From IMG/VR virus record IMGVR_UViG_3300028920_000023: a DNA stretch of 64,000 nt, one strand, 5' to 3'. Shown one piece after another: positions 20,249-31,472 of the stretch. This DNA is from a virus (Duplodnaviria; Caudoviricetes). The notes beneath the pieces are model-generated. The model searched no databases. It was not told the DNA's origin and saw only the letters and a list, made by a program, of their open reading frames with translations. Position 1 is the first letter of the stretch. Each line of letters starts with the position of its first letter. The position numbers were made by a program, and so were the translations under genes.

Positions 20249-21863
20249 TTCTGTTAGTGGGCAAGAAACTCGGGTCTAAATTAATTCCGGCTATATTACT
20301 GTTCCAGTACAATTTATCGTTCTCCTGAATATCCCCAATAGCTCTTACTGATGGCGAGAACTGATTAAAAGACATTGCCACGGACGTTGGACTTGATCTG
20401 TTTTGTATTGTATTATCACCTAATCGACCAGGATATCCGTAGGCATTATTAGTATTAGAATTATTTCCCCAATTCCAGACAGAACCATCTTCCTTAACCA
20501 AACAGGAAGCAGTGCAATCTGTATTGAAGAAAGAATGATTGCCAACCACACTAACAGGACTTGTTCTAACCAATATAGTATTATCCCCTACGCTATCATA
20601 AACGCCGTATACGGGATGCGCAACATCATATTTATTCTCACCCCAAGCCCAAACCTCACCATTGGCCTTCAACCCAGATATCGTGTTAGTTAAACTACTC
20701 ATTACCCTAATAAACGAATGATTACCAGCTACACTAACGGGGCTAGATTCTTTCGCATACCCATTACCAAGACCTGCCTGACCAGCAAGACCACCAGCCC
20801 AAGTCCATGCGCTCCCATCAGCCTTAAGACCAATCATTGCTCTACCACCAGCGATCTGAACAAAAGCATGATCACCATGCACACTGGTAGGGCTAGACCT
20901 ATTAATAGGAGTTTCATCACCAACTATATAATATCCATTATCCTGTCTGCCCCACCCCCAAGCAGAACCATCGGCCTTCAAAGCAAGAAAACCATCTATA
21001 AAACCATGCGTGACCTGAATAAACGAATGATTACCTATAACACTAGTAGGACTAGATTTATTTGTAATTGTACCATCACATACTACACCATAATAATTAA
21101 AGCCCCAAGCCCAAACAGTACCATCAGCCTTCAAACCAATATTAGTCTGATAACCAGCAACCACAGATATAAAAGAATGATTACCAACAACACTTACAGG
21201 ACTAGATTTATTATCAGGAGTATTATCGCCCAATTGACCACTATCATTAGTACCCCAACTCCAAGCAGTACCATCAGCCTTCAACGCAACAGTATGATAT
21301 TTACCCATACCACCAAAAGATACAAAAGAATGGTTACCAACAACACTCACAGGACTAGAAACATTATCAGCAGCATTATTACCCAACTGCCCCACATTAT
21401 TAAGGCCACTCATCCAAATACCACCAGTATAACCATCTAATACAGTCAAATTATTAGCAGACAAAGCAACCTTAGAATTGGTAAAATAATTAAAAGAATC
21501 AGGACTAAAGAAACAATCTTTAGTCTTAACACCATCACCAAGAGTCCTCTGAATACCATTCAAAGTAACATTCACATAATCAGCCGGAGTAGAACCAATC
21601 TGCACACCAGTATTCTGCTGATCACCAGAAATAAAAGACGTAACCTTAGTAGTCTCACTAACCAACCCACCACGACCAATCGGACCAGTAGGACCAGTAG
21701 GACCAGTCGGACCAGTAGGACCAGCAGAACCAGCAGGACCAGTCGGACCAGCCACAGCAGGACCAGTAGGGCCAGTAGGGCCGGTAGGGCCAGTCGGGCC
21801 AGTAGGACCAATTACACCTTGTGGTCCAAGAAAAACACCATCAGTAATCGATGAACCAGCCAT
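20220..21863 (-). CDS. collagen-like / RCC1-repeat beta-propeller protein (paralog 1)
   Basis: N-terminal GPT repeats; seven RCC1-like repeats ([16 protein letters not shown]...[12 protein letters not shown]). Confidence 0.88.
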   Translation of the reverse strand: MAGSSITDGVFLGPQGVIGPTGPTGPTGPTGPTGPAVAGPTGPAGSAGPTGPTGPTGPTGPIGRGGLVSETTKVTSFISGDQQNTGVQIGSTPADYVNVTLNGIQRTLGDGVKTKDCFFSPDSFNYFTNSKVALSANNLTVLDGYTGGIWMSGLNNVGQLGNNAADNVSSPVSVVGNHSFVSFGGMGKYHTVALKADGTAWSWGTNDSGQLGDNTPDNKSSPVSVVGNHSFISVVAGYQTNIGLKADGTVWAWGFNYYGVVCDGTITNKSSPTSVIGNHSFIQVTHGFIDGFLALKADGSAWGWGRQDNGYYIVGDETPINRSSPTSVHGDHAFVQIAGGRAMIGLKADGSAWTWAGGLAGQAGLGNGYAKESSPVSVAGNHSFIRVMSSLTNTISGLKANGEVWAWGENKYDVAHPVYGVYDSVGDNTILVRTSPVSVVGNHSFFNTDCTASCLVKEDGSVWNWGNNSNTNNAYGYPGRLGDNTIQNRSSPTSVAMSFNQFSPSVRAIGDIQENDKLYWNSNIAGINLDPSFLPTNRIGLDYIAST

Positions 21864-21871
21864 GAGTCACC

Positions 21872-23446
21872 TCAGACAAAGTAATTGAAATCAACCCTAT
21901 CAGTCGTAGACAAGCCAACACCGGAAATATTACTATTATAATACAAATAATCATTAGCGCTTATATCAGCATGGGCTCTAGGCGGTGCAGTAAAAGGGAA
22001 ACTCTGCACAGCAGACGCCGGAGTAGATCTATCATTAACATCATTAGTGCCAAGTCTACCATTCGAATTATTGCCCCAACCCCATGGAATACCATCACTA
22101 TCTAAACCACCCATCATAGCAATATCAACAAAGGTATGAAAACCGGATACCAAAACAGGGCTGGTCCTAGTTAATGTAGTACCATCACCAGCAGAATCAT
22201 CATTATAGGGCTTACCCCAAGCCCAAAGCTGACCACCAAACTTCAAACCAGTCATAATACCACGAGGACCACTAGCTATCTTAATAAACGAATGTCCACC
22301 AACCACACTAGTGGGGCTACTTCTAGGATTCGAGGTACCATCACCAACAGTATCATTCAAACCACCCCAAGCCCAAACAGAACCATCAGACTTCAAACCA
22401 GCCGAAATAACACCGCCAGCAATTTGTGTAAAGACATGATCACCAACCACACTAGTGGGACTACTGCGAGGGTTCGTAGTACCATCACCCAAAAACGGAC
22501 GTGTAGCATCCTGAAAACCCCAAGCCCACACAGTGCCACCGGATTTCAGGCCAGCAAATCCGGGGAAATCACTATAACCAAGGCCAACAATCTCTGAAAA
22601 AGCATGGTTCCCAACAACCTGCCCTGGAGCATCTCCTGGACCGCCACCATTAAAATAAGTATTATTACCTAATTGCCCATACTTATTATTACCCCAAGAA
22701 TAAGTATAACTTCCTTCTAATGCAACAATAGAATCACCAGCAGCAGCTACTCGATCAAAAGTGTGATCTCCACTTACGCTGGTAGGGCTCGACCTAGGAA
22801 AGGAAGGATCAAATCCCCACCACCACGCAGCCCCTAAAGTATCTATAGCCACAGTATGCCTATAACCAACTGCAATATGAGAAAATTGAAAATCACCAAT
22901 CACACTAACGGGACTAAGTGACCCAATAAAATCAGTATAATCATTACCCAATTGACCATAATTATTCTTGCCAGTAGTCCAGACATAACCATAATTATTA
23001 CCACCGGTCAGGAAAGCGCTATGATACTGGCCAAAGACAGCCTTACTCCAATAATAATTATTGCCAGAAGCAGGAGCAACAGAACTAAAGAAACAATCCG
23101 CATCTGCAGAAGCATCACCAACCTCTTGCCGGACACCATTCAAAAAGACAGAAACAGCCTTGTGCGGATTATTTGAGATCTGTAAATTATTATTACTGTG
23201 AATATTAGGATAAGTAGTATTGGCACCAGGAGACAGATCCTTGTCATCCTTCGTAAACAAATAACCAGAGCCCGTAGGACCAGTCAAACCAGGGCCAGTA
23301 GGCCCTGTCGTTTGAGGACCAGTTGGGCCAGTCGGGCCGGTAGCGCCTACGGGGCCAGTAGGACCAGTAGGACCACCCAAACCAGGACCAGTCGGACCAG
23401 TCGGGCCAGCAAAACTATCACTATTTAATGAAGAGCCCATGGTCAA
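21872..23446 (-). CDS. collagen-like / RCC1-repeat protein (paralog 2)
   Basis: Same architecture; [12 protein letters not shown] and RSSPTSVVG repeats. Confidence 0.88.
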   Translation of the reverse strand: MTMGSSLNSDSFAGPTGPTGPGLGGPTGPTGPVGATGPTGPTGPQTTGPTGPGLTGPTGSGYLFTKDDKDLSPGANTTYPNIHSNNNLQISNNPHKAVSVFLNGVRQEVGDASADADCFFSSVAPASGNNYYWSKAVFGQYHSAFLTGGNNYGYVWTTGKNNYGQLGNDYTDFIGSLSPVSVIGDFQFSHIAVGYRHTVAIDTLGAAWWWGFDPSFPRSSPTSVSGDHTFDRVAAAGDSIVALEGSYTYSWGNNKYGQLGNNTYFNGGGPGDAPGQVVGNHAFSEIVGLGYSDFPGFAGLKSGGTVWAWGFQDATRPFLGDGTTNPRSSPTSVVGDHVFTQIAGGVISAGLKSDGSVWAWGGLNDTVGDGTSNPRSSPTSVVGGHSFIKIASGPRGIMTGLKFGGQLWAWGKPYNDDSAGDGTTLTRTSPVLVSGFHTFVDIAMMGGLDSDGIPWGWGNNSNGRLGTNDVNDRSTPASAVQSFPFTAPPRAHADISANDYLYYNSNISGVGLSTTDRVDFNYFV

Positions 23447-25077
23447 TCCTCAACGTAGTTTAAATCAACACGATCAGAAGGAGAAAGATCAAAACCCGCG
23501 ATGTTGCTATTCCAATACAGATAATCATCTTTGCTAATATTATAAACAGACCTAGGTACAACAACAAAAGGATAGGAAGAATTCACAACTGTTATCGGAC
23601 TATTAATACCCTCGTTAATATAACCATTTCCAATATTGCCATACTTATTATCACCCCATGCCCAAATCTGTCCATCATCCTTGACACCAACAGTAGAAGT
23701 TGGAACATTGGTGAAGCTATGATCACCAATTACACTAGTTGGACTACTTCTAGAATTGGAAGTATTATCACCTACGGAACCATAAGCCCACGAATAAATA
23801 AATTGCCCACCCCACGACCATAACGATCCGTCAGCTTTCTTTCCACCAACAGTCTTGTTCCCACCGCCAAATACACTGACAAAACTATGTTCTCCGGCAA
23901 CGGAAGTGGGACTAGAACGGCTATTTGTAGTATTATCACCTACACCAACACCGTAAGTGCCACTCCCACCCCAGCCCCAAACCGTTCCATCAGCCTTTAA
24001 GCCTAGAGAAATAAGAGTAGAGGCAATATCTATAAAACTATGATTTCCGATCACACTAACAGGGCTAGACCTATGATATTGAAAATCACTATAACCTTCA
24101 CCCAAATTACCATAATAATTAGCACCCCAACACCACGCAGTACCATCGGCTTTCAAAGCAACAAAATGATTAACACCATACTCAGCCCCACCAACAACCT
24201 TAATAAAACTATGGTTACCAATTACACTAGTAGGACTGCTCCTGGAATAAATAAAACCATTATACCCATCACCAATAATACCAGACTCATTAATACCCCA
24301 ACACCAAACTGTCCCATCAGACCTCAGACCAGCCGCATTTCGATTTGTCCGAGTAACCTGAACAAAATTATGACCACCAACAACAGAAGTAGGACTAGAA
24401 CGATTACTAGTATCACCAACACCTAACTGACCATACGAATTAGAACCCCAAGCCCAAGCAGAACCATCAATCTTAATAGCCACCACACTACCATTATAAA
24501 TACTACCACTAACAAACCTATGACCACCAACAACACTAGTAGGACTAGTCCTATTGGTAGCATAACCATCACCAATAGCACCAGAATTACCTCGACCCAT
24601 AACCCAAGCCGTGCCACCAACACCATTACTACTACCACCAGCAATAATCAACGTATTATATAAAGGCTTAAAAACCAAAGTCTCATATCTATAACCACTA
24701 AAATTATCAGAAGAAAAGAAAACATCCTTAGTCCTAACACCATCACCCACAACACGCTGAAAACCATTAATCAACGTACTAACATAACCACGAGGAGATC
24801 CACTAACCTGCAACCCCGTATTCTGAGCATAACCACTAATAGTAGAAGAAACAGACAAATCCTTATCAATACTTACAAAACCACTACCAGGACCAGTAGG
24901 ACCAGTAACTTCTGCACCCGTAGGACCAGTAGGACCAACAGCCGCCGTAGGACCCAAAGGACCAGTAACACCAGAACCAGTCGGGCCAGTAGGACCAGCA
25001 ACAACCTCATCCGAAGGACCAGTAGGGCCAACCGGGCCAGGAGAACCAACAATATCAATAAAAATAGAAGAACCCAT
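23443..25077 (-). CDS. collagen-like / RCC1-repeat protein (paralog 3)
   Basis: Same architecture. Confidence 0.88.
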   Translation of the reverse strand: MGSSIFIDIVGSPGPVGPTGPSDEVVAGPTGPTGSGVTGPLGPTAAVGPTGPTGAEVTGPTGPGSGFVSIDKDLSVSSTISGYAQNTGLQVSGSPRGYVSTLINGFQRVVGDGVRTKDVFFSSDNFSGYRYETLVFKPLYNTLIIAGGSSNGVGGTAWVMGRGNSGAIGDGYATNRTSPTSVVGGHRFVSGSIYNGSVVAIKIDGSAWAWGSNSYGQLGVGDTSNRSSPTSVVGGHNFVQVTRTNRNAAGLRSDGTVWCWGINESGIIGDGYNGFIYSRSSPTSVIGNHSFIKVVGGAEYGVNHFVALKADGTAWCWGANYYGNLGEGYSDFQYHRSSPVSVIGNHSFIDIASTLISLGLKADGTVWGWGGSGTYGVGVGDNTTNSRSSPTSVAGEHSFVSVFGGGNKTVGGKKADGSLWSWGGQFIYSWAYGSVGDNTSNSRSSPTSVIGDHSFTNVPTSTVGVKDDGQIWAWGDNKYGNIGNGYINEGINSPITVVNSSYPFVVVPRSVYNISKDDYLYWNSNIAGFDLSPSDRVDLNYVED

Positions 25078-25078
25078 A

Positions 25079-26632
25079 TTAGTCCTTAACGTAATCTAGA
25101 TCAACACGATCAGAAGGAGAAAGATCAAAACCAGCAATATTACTATTCCAATACAAATAATCATTAACCGCTATATTGTCAATAAACTTAGGGGTAGGTT
25201 GAAAAGCAGATGGAGTTAGAATAACGCTAGTTGGGCTAGATCTACCTGATGTATCTCCTAACCCCAATTGCCCAGTACCATTAGAACCCCAAATCCAAGC
25301 AGTACCATCAGACTTTAAACCAACATCCTCAGTCAGAACATTAGCAAAAGAATGATTACCAAATACACTGACAGGACTGGACTTTTCCCCAATCGAATTA
25401 TCTCCGGCATTGCCAGCATAAACTCTACCCCAAGACCACATGGTACCATCGGACTTAAGACCTCTAGACATCCCATGTCTACTATTTATAATCCTAATAA
25501 AACTATGATTACCGAGAACACTAGTCGGACTAGAACGGCTCACTAGATTAACGGCAAAAGCACCCCAAGCCCAAACCGTTCCATCACTTTTTAACCCATT
25601 ACTAGTAGTACCACCAGCGATCTGTATAAAACTATGATTCCCAACAACACTGACAGGACTTCTTTTATCAATAACAGTACCATCACCAAGCTGCCCACTA
25701 CCATTTTGACCCCAAGCCCAGACAGTACCATCAGGCTTCAGAGCCATTACACCTTCATCACAAGCCGTAATCTGCGAAAAATAATGATCACCGATAACAG
25801 AAGTAGGACTAGAGCGAGAAGTAAGAGTCCCATCACCAACATCAGTACCCCAACACCATAAAGTCCCATCAGCCCTTAAAGCAGCCATAACCTGTCTAGA
25901 ACCGACAACATCGACAAAATTATGACCACCAACAACACTAGTGGGACTAGAACGACTAACATTATAATTATCACCAATAGTCCCAGGACCGAAAAAAGAC
26001 CCGCCCCAACACCAAACACTACCATCAGCCTTAATAGCGGCCATAGTATAACGACCACCAGCAGTAATCTTTCTAAACTTATGATTACCAGCAACCGCTA
26101 CAAAAAGAGACCTGTTAGACCTATTAGTAGCCTCACCATTAGCACCCCAATAACCATAACCACAACAATAAGCCTTACCTGCATTAGCACCAGAACCACC
26201 AACAATTAAACCAGAATTTTCAAAACCAATACTAATACTCATATCATATCTATAACCACTGAAATTATCAGAAGAAAAGAAAGTATTCTCAGATCTAACA
26301 CCATCACCAACAACCTGCTGAAAACCATTAATCAACGTACTAACATAACCACGAGGAGACTCACTAACCTGCAACCCCGTATTCTGAGCATAACCGCTAG
26401 TAGCAGAAGGAGACAAACCCTTATCAACACCAACAAAACCACTACCAGGACCAGTAGGACCAGCCACCTGTGCACCCGTAGGACCAGTCGGACCAACAGC
26501 AGCCGTAGGACCCAAAGGACCAGTAACACCAGAACCAGTCGAACCAGCAGGCCCAGTAATACCAGGACCAGTCGGACCAGTCGGACCGGTACTACCAACA
26601 ATATAAATCGAAGTCAAAGACGAACCAGGCAT
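25079..26632 (-). CDS. collagen-like / RCC1-repeat protein (paralog 4)
   Basis: Same architecture; the N- and C-terminal flanks are nearly identical to those of paralog 3. Confidence 0.88.
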   Translation of the reverse strand: MPGSSLTSIYIVGSTGPTGPTGPGITGPAGSTGSGVTGPLGPTAAVGPTGPTGAQVAGPTGPGSGFVGVDKGLSPSATSGYAQNTGLQVSESPRGYVSTLINGFQQVVGDGVRSENTFFSSDNFSGYRYDMSISIGFENSGLIVGGSGANAGKAYCCGYGYWGANGEATNRSNRSLFVAVAGNHKFRKITAGGRYTMAAIKADGSVWCWGGSFFGPGTIGDNYNVSRSSPTSVVGGHNFVDVVGSRQVMAALRADGTLWCWGTDVGDGTLTSRSSPTSVIGDHYFSQITACDEGVMALKPDGTVWAWGQNGSGQLGDGTVIDKRSPVSVVGNHSFIQIAGGTTSNGLKSDGTVWAWGAFAVNLVSRSSPTSVLGNHSFIRIINSRHGMSRGLKSDGTMWSWGRVYAGNAGDNSIGEKSSPVSVFGNHSFANVLTEDVGLKSDGTAWIWGSNGTGQLGLGDTSGRSSPTSVILTPSAFQPTPKFIDNIAVNDYLYWNSNIAGFDLSPSDRVDLDYVKD

Positions 26633-26757
26633 ATCAGACCCCTATTAAAAACCTACCTTATATTTGAAAATTCAAACCTAAAACAAAGAAAGAATAGGAT
26701 CAACATCAAACAACGACATTATAATCCCACAAGGTGCAGCAATAACAGGAAATAAAC

Positions 26758-28125
26758 ATGAAAATCATCACCTCAGACGGCACCACAAAATCAGGAATAG
26801 CAGGCCCCACAGGCCCCACAGGCCCAACCGGACCAGAAGGACCACTAAACCAAAACCCAACACTAGAAAGCCTCACCCTATTCAGTTCAGCACCGTCCCT
26901 ACTCATACAAGAAGACAATACCTCACCCGGATGGGAATTAACAAGTGATAATGGCAACCTCCAAATAAATAATCTGACAGACTCAACAAACCCACAAACA
27001 ATACTACAAGCCAACACAGAATTATTAACAATAAACGCAGCAACAAGTTTGGACGGTGCAGTAACAATAAACGATTCTGGATCGAATGTAAACTTTAGAA
27101 TAGCATCAGACGTATCAACACACGCATTCTTCATACAAGGCAGTAACGGGAACATAGGAATAAACAATAGCACCCCCGCTAGCAATTCAGGATTTAGTAA
27201 TGCACTAGAATTGACACAAACGACCGATGGTTGGGATCTGATGTTTAACAACCCATCCGCAGGTACGAGCACCTCAATTGGAGCCATAACAGCAAATCGC
27301 GACTCTGATGTATTAACGGCCTTACTGTTCAGTGCAGATGGCGCGACGGACTCTGGTGTAATGAGATTCTTTACGCAGCCGACTGGCGGTGCACTAACCG
27401 AGCGTATGCGCATTGACTCTAACGGGAATGTAGGTATCGGGGGCACACCGGTTTCGGACTGGGACGGTCGTTATGCAGTGCAATTTGGTGACAAGGGTTC
27501 ATTGTCTTCAACTAAATCTGGCAATCCAAATGTGTATCTTACGGCAAACTTAGCGTTTGATGATCCAAACTGGGAATATCTAAGTGGGTACATCGGCGGA
27601 ATGTATCAAATAGATAGGGGTTGGCACTATTGGTATACAACCACTGATGCCACGCAATCTGCGGGGGCGACAGCAACACTAGCCCAGCGAATGTCGCTAG
27701 ATACAGGCGGACGGCTATACCTACCATCCCTGCTCCAAACAACATACTCGGGTTTGACCGTAGAAATTGATACGGCTAATGGCGGACTATACGTCGAAAC
27801 AAGCACGAGAAAGACAAAGACGAATATTCGGGATGTTGACGGTAAAGCGTGGAATGACATCTATTCTTTGCGTGTTAGGTGTTTTGATAGTCTGGATGGG
27901 AAGCATAACGGTATGGTCGGCCTTGTGGCAGAGGAAGCCGCACAGATCAACCCTCGGTTTGTAGTGTTTGACGGCGAAGGCGCGCCACTAGGCATCGATA
28001 GGAAGAACATACTATATGCGCTCGTGAAGTGTCAGCAGGACCATAGAGGGAAGTTGCAAACGGCAAAAGCTAAGGTGCAAGAACTCGAGTCCCGCATCGC
28101 AGCATTGGAGGCAGCGAATAACTAA
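26758..28125 (+). CDS. tail/virion fibre protein with a C-terminal intramolecular chaperone (S74-like)
   Basis: Shared N-terminal module; TSTRKTKTNIRDV...GLVAEEAAQINPRFV...ELESRIAALE. Confidence 0.82.
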   Translation: MKIITSDGTTKSGIAGPTGPTGPTGPEGPLNQNPTLESLTLFSSAPSLLIQEDNTSPGWELTSDNGNLQINNLTDSTNPQTILQANTELLTINAATSLDGAVTINDSGSNVNFRIASDVSTHAFFIQGSNGNIGINNSTPASNSGFSNALELTQTTDGWDLMFNNPSAGTSTSIGAITANRDSDVLTALLFSADGATDSGVMRFFTQPTGGALTERMRIDSNGNVGIGGTPVSDWDGRYAVQFGDKGSLSSTKSGNPNVYLTANLAFDDPNWEYLSGYIGGMYQIDRGWHYWYTTTDATQSAGATATLAQRMSLDTGGRLYLPSLLQTTYSGLTVEIDTANGGLYVETSTRKTKTNIRDVDGKAWNDIYSLRVRCFDSLDGKHNGMVGLVAEEAAQINPRFVVFDGEGAPLGIDRKNILYALVKCQQDHRGKLQTAKAKVQELESRIAALEAANN

Positions 28126-28197
28126 TGCTCGGTCACGGCACCATTGTTGATAAAAGCAGAGCTTGAAGCTCGTATTATAGCTTTAGAGGCGCAGTAA

Positions 28198-28226
28198 TTT
28201 ACAAAACACCTCTCGCCGTATATAAA
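28198..28226 (+). promoter_or_regulatory. sigma70-like promoter
   Basis: TTTACA (28198-28203), 17 bp, TATAAA (28221-28226), at the start of a long gene-free interval. Confidence 0.5.
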
Positions 28227-28234
28227 AGCACAAG

Positions 28235-28640
28235 TCTTTAGAAAGGCAGCCACGCGACAATCCCCGCTGGTATAGGAGCGTGTGGAGACGCACATTGTGC
28301 GTTCGTTGGACTTTAACTAACGCAGCCTCGGGGGTCTTCAGCAGAGACGCTGTCGTAAAATCCCAGTAAGACGGAGGCCCGCCAGTAAATCTTAGATTCT
28401 ATAGCTGGCACAACTTAACGCATAACCATTATGGTGAGGACCAACCTGGCAACAGGAAGGTTTCCAGAAAGCAAGGACTTTCTGGGCGGATGAGGGCCTT
28501 TGCTGGGTCACAACCACAAGACAAGATCTTGACCGGTTGCGATACAAAGCACCCGTTGAGGAGACAAGAGAACAACCGCCAACAAACCACGCTAATCCCG
28601 AGTGGTTAATAACGGCTCTTGAGCCCTCTGCGCACCACCA
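28235..28640 (+). ncRNA. candidate structured non-coding RNA, family unknown
   Basis: No convincing ORF. Several hairpins, including CCTG-GCAA-CAGG (GNRA loop, 28445-28456) and CCAGAAAG/CTTTCTGG (28464-28485). Lies downstream of a promoter. Boundaries are approximate. Confidence 0.4.
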
Positions 28641-28986
28641 AAACCAAACAGGAGGAAACACAAGCCTATCAGCAACAACAAAATACCGACATGCTGTCAA
28701 AACACAACAAAACAACAGCTAACCGCGCAACAGCACAGCCAACAAACACAAAACAACAGCAAACCAAAAAACAGCAAACGGCACGCTACCACGAAAGTAG
28801 GCTTGTAAGAATCTGTTTGGGAAAAACACCAAAATAGCCAAAGAAAAAGAAACATATCACGTCAGAATTTTTCTTGGTTATTGTTTTATGGGGGGCGGAT
28901 GCGGATGCGAGGGAGAATCTCTATCCCAAATACAATTGCACAATGTGCACACTAGACAAACACCCACCAAAAGATAAACAAACAAC

Positions 28987-29589
28987 ATGAACGAACATAA
29001 CACAAACCAACCAATACACCTCAGCGGCGGCTCCAAACATTGGGCCGCCAACAGCCCAATCGCCAGCAAATACCTAGAAAACAAAGACAATAGCAAAAAC
29101 ATAAAACAAATGAACAAATATGCAAACATCCTAGACAGCATACTGCCCAGAAAAAAGCCACATAACGCAGAACTCTACGCAAAAGAAACACAACTCAACG
29201 AACGAGAAAAACAACTCAACGAACGAGAAAAACAAGTAACAATAAAAGAACAAGTCCTAAAAGCAGCAAAAACAAAAGACCTAGAAAAAATTCTACTAAA
29301 ACTCATAGAAGACAAAAAACAAGCAGAAGAACTCGCCGCCAAAACTCAAGCCGAAATCCAACAAGCCAGAAAAGCAATAACAGACCTCCAACAAAAAACC
29401 ACCCAAATAGACCAACTAAAATCACAAAACTGCTCCATACAAGCAGAACTAGAAGACCTACAAGAAGAAAACAAACGTCTAAAAGCAGAAATGTACGACA
29501 AAGACAAAAACATAGAAACTCTAAAGAAAAAACTAAGAGACAAACAAGGCGACTTCGGAGTCAACCGAGGCAGAATACTAGACCTATAA
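28987..29589 (+). CDS. coiled-coil protein (200 aa)
   Basis: Heptad-like K/E/Q-rich sequence with a duplicated QLNEREK. The start is uncertain. Confidence 0.65.
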   Translation: MNEHNTNQPIHLSGGSKHWAANSPIASKYLENKDNSKNIKQMNKYANILDSILPRKKPHNAELYAKETQLNEREKQLNEREKQVTIKEQVLKAAKTKDLEKILLKLIEDKKQAEELAAKTQAEIQQARKAITDLQQKTTQIDQLKSQNCSIQAELEDLQEENKRLKAEMYDKDKNIETLKKKLRDKQGDFGVNRGRILDL

Positions 29590-29628
29590 TTCACGTGAAA
29601 TATATAGGAAAAAGCAGATGAGAACAAC

Positions 29629-31440
29629 ATGCCACTACCAATCAGACTATCATCAAAACCAAAAGACGGAGACCAAATAGCAGACCGTCAAGGCAACATA
29701 TACGAATATAGAGCCAAAGACGACAACTGGCGCAAAATAGGCATCATAAAACAACCAGACACCGTCAACGAAGAACAAAACGGTCTAATCACACCCCAAA
29801 CATATAACCAACTCACAGAGCTAAAACAACTGCTAGACCAAGGCGTAGACCTCAGCAAAACAAAAATCTACATCGGAAACAGACCAGACAACCCATACTT
29901 CTACTACTTCCACAGCAGCGACGACCTCATCAAATTCAAACCAGAAACAGACCTAGAAAACAAGAAATATCTCAGAATAGAATTCGACAGAGCAAGATTC
30001 GCACAGAAAGTAATGCGCACACAGTGCATAGGACCACAAGGACTGCCCGGACCCAAAGGACGACCCGGAAAAGACGGAATACCCGCACCAAACGAAAAAA
30101 CACAACGAGCAACCAAACTAACACAAACAACCTTCACCTTCAAAACCAAAGTACCAACACCACACGAAAACCAACCAATAAGCCTACGCATATACAAACA
30201 ACAAGAACAAATAATCGAAATACTAATACCACTACAAGGACAAACCGGCACAGAAGGAATAATCTACAACGATACAGACGAATACCAAGTAGACCAACAA
30301 CAAACAACCATAACCCTAGACGAAAACAACAACCTAGAAGGAACGATACACCTATCCAAAGGAACATTCGAACCAACAAACATCCTAGACTGGAGCTACA
30401 AAGCAAGACAAAGAGGACCAAAAGGAGATAAAGGAGAAGACGGAGACCCCCTGCTAGAAATAGTAGAAGAAAACATGATAGACGACTTCCTATCATTCAA
30501 CAACTACATAGCCTCCCTACGCATAAACAGCAAAGAAAACATCTACCTCCTGCAATCAAGCGTATCAGAGAAAATCTGCGCCTCCAACCTCAAAATAACA
30601 AACGCAAACACCCAAGTCGGAGACATACAAAACAGACACACACTAGCCATAGAAATGACGACCAGCCGATGTAAAGACATTGGATACTACAAATTCAAAC
30701 CCAGAGAATACGAAACACCAGAACTCGAATTCCCAGGATGGACCCCAATCGTAACATGCCAAGACAAACGAAGATACGAATTCAGCAAATTCAGATGGTT
30801 TGACGAAATAGAAAACAACATCGAAACAGACCAACCAAACTGCCTAAGCGCAGGACTCGCATTCACAATACTAGGCGACCCAAAACCGCCAACCTTGTGT
30901 TGCAAAGACGATTTCTTCATCTGCAACAACCTAGGAGACTTCTGTCAAATAGACGGAATACCCACAGCATCACCAGCAGACACACCCCCAACACCAAGCT
31001 CATCCAGCACAGTACCGCCAGGAGAGTCCAGCTCGTCCTCATCTGGTGTAACACCACCAGGTGAATCCAGCTCCAGCGGACCGAGCCAAGGTTCACCAAG
31101 CTCCTCAAGCTCCTCAAGTTCAAGCTCCAGCTCAGAAAGCACCTCGAGCAGTTCCTCGAGCTGTAGCTCTTCAAGTTGCAGCTCTTCGAGCTCATCATCC
31201 GAAAGTTCATCCAGCAGTTCGGAATCCCAAAGCAGCTCTTCCAGCAGCTCCTCGGAAAGCTCATCAAGCAGCTCCTTCAAGTCAAGTTCATCATCAAGCT
31301 CATCTAGTTCAAGCAGCGAATCTAGAAGCAGCTCGAGTTCTAGTTCAAGTTCTAGCAGCTCAAATAGCTCAAGCTCAAGTTCAAGCTCCATCGAAAAGCC
31401 AGATGGCGGTGGCGGCGTTCTCCCATTGGATGGATCATAA
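29629..31440 (+). CDS. putative virion protein with short collagen-like motifs and a Ser-rich C-terminal tract
   Basis: GPQGLPGPKGRPG and GPKGDKGEDG motifs; a tract of roughly 120 residues dominated by Ser near the C-terminus. Confidence 0.7.
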   Translation: MPLPIRLSSKPKDGDQIADRQGNIYEYRAKDDNWRKIGIIKQPDTVNEEQNGLITPQTYNQLTELKQLLDQGVDLSKTKIYIGNRPDNPYFYYFHSSDDLIKFKPETDLENKKYLRIEFDRARFAQKVMRTQCIGPQGLPGPKGRPGKDGIPAPNEKTQRATKLTQTTFTFKTKVPTPHENQPISLRIYKQQEQIIEILIPLQGQTGTEGIIYNDTDEYQVDQQQTTITLDENNNLEGTIHLSKGTFEPTNILDWSYKARQRGPKGDKGEDGDPLLEIVEENMIDDFLSFNNYIASLRINSKENIYLLQSSVSEKICASNLKITNANTQVGDIQNRHTLAIEMTTSRCKDIGYYKFKPREYETPELEFPGWTPIVTCQDKRRYEFSKFRWFDEIENNIETDQPNCLSAGLAFTILGDPKPPTLCCKDDFFICNNLGDFCQIDGIPTASPADTPPTPSSSSTVPPGESSSSSSGVTPPGESSSSGPSQGSPSSSSSSSSSSSSESTSSSSSSCSSSSCSSSSSSSESSSSSSESQSSSSSSSSESSSSSSFKSSSSSSSSSSSSESRSSSSSSSSSSSSNSSSSSSSSIEKPDGGGGVLPLDGS

Positions 31441-31472
31441 CCAAAAATATAAACAGATAAGCGGAGAAGCCA

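Noticed and set aside
268-26601. Numerous Ile/Thr/Asn-rich + strand ORFs and Leu/Val-rich - strand ORFs overlapping real genes (for example 281-754, 3730-4752, 20718-21440)
   Set aside because: They are antisense or off-frame by-products of the extreme A/C strand skew, which depletes stop codons.
28235-28640. RNase P RNA, tmRNA or group I intron
   Set aside because: The diagnostic conserved motifs (GAGGAAAGUCC, a tRNA-like terminus with T-loop, P7 elements) were not found.
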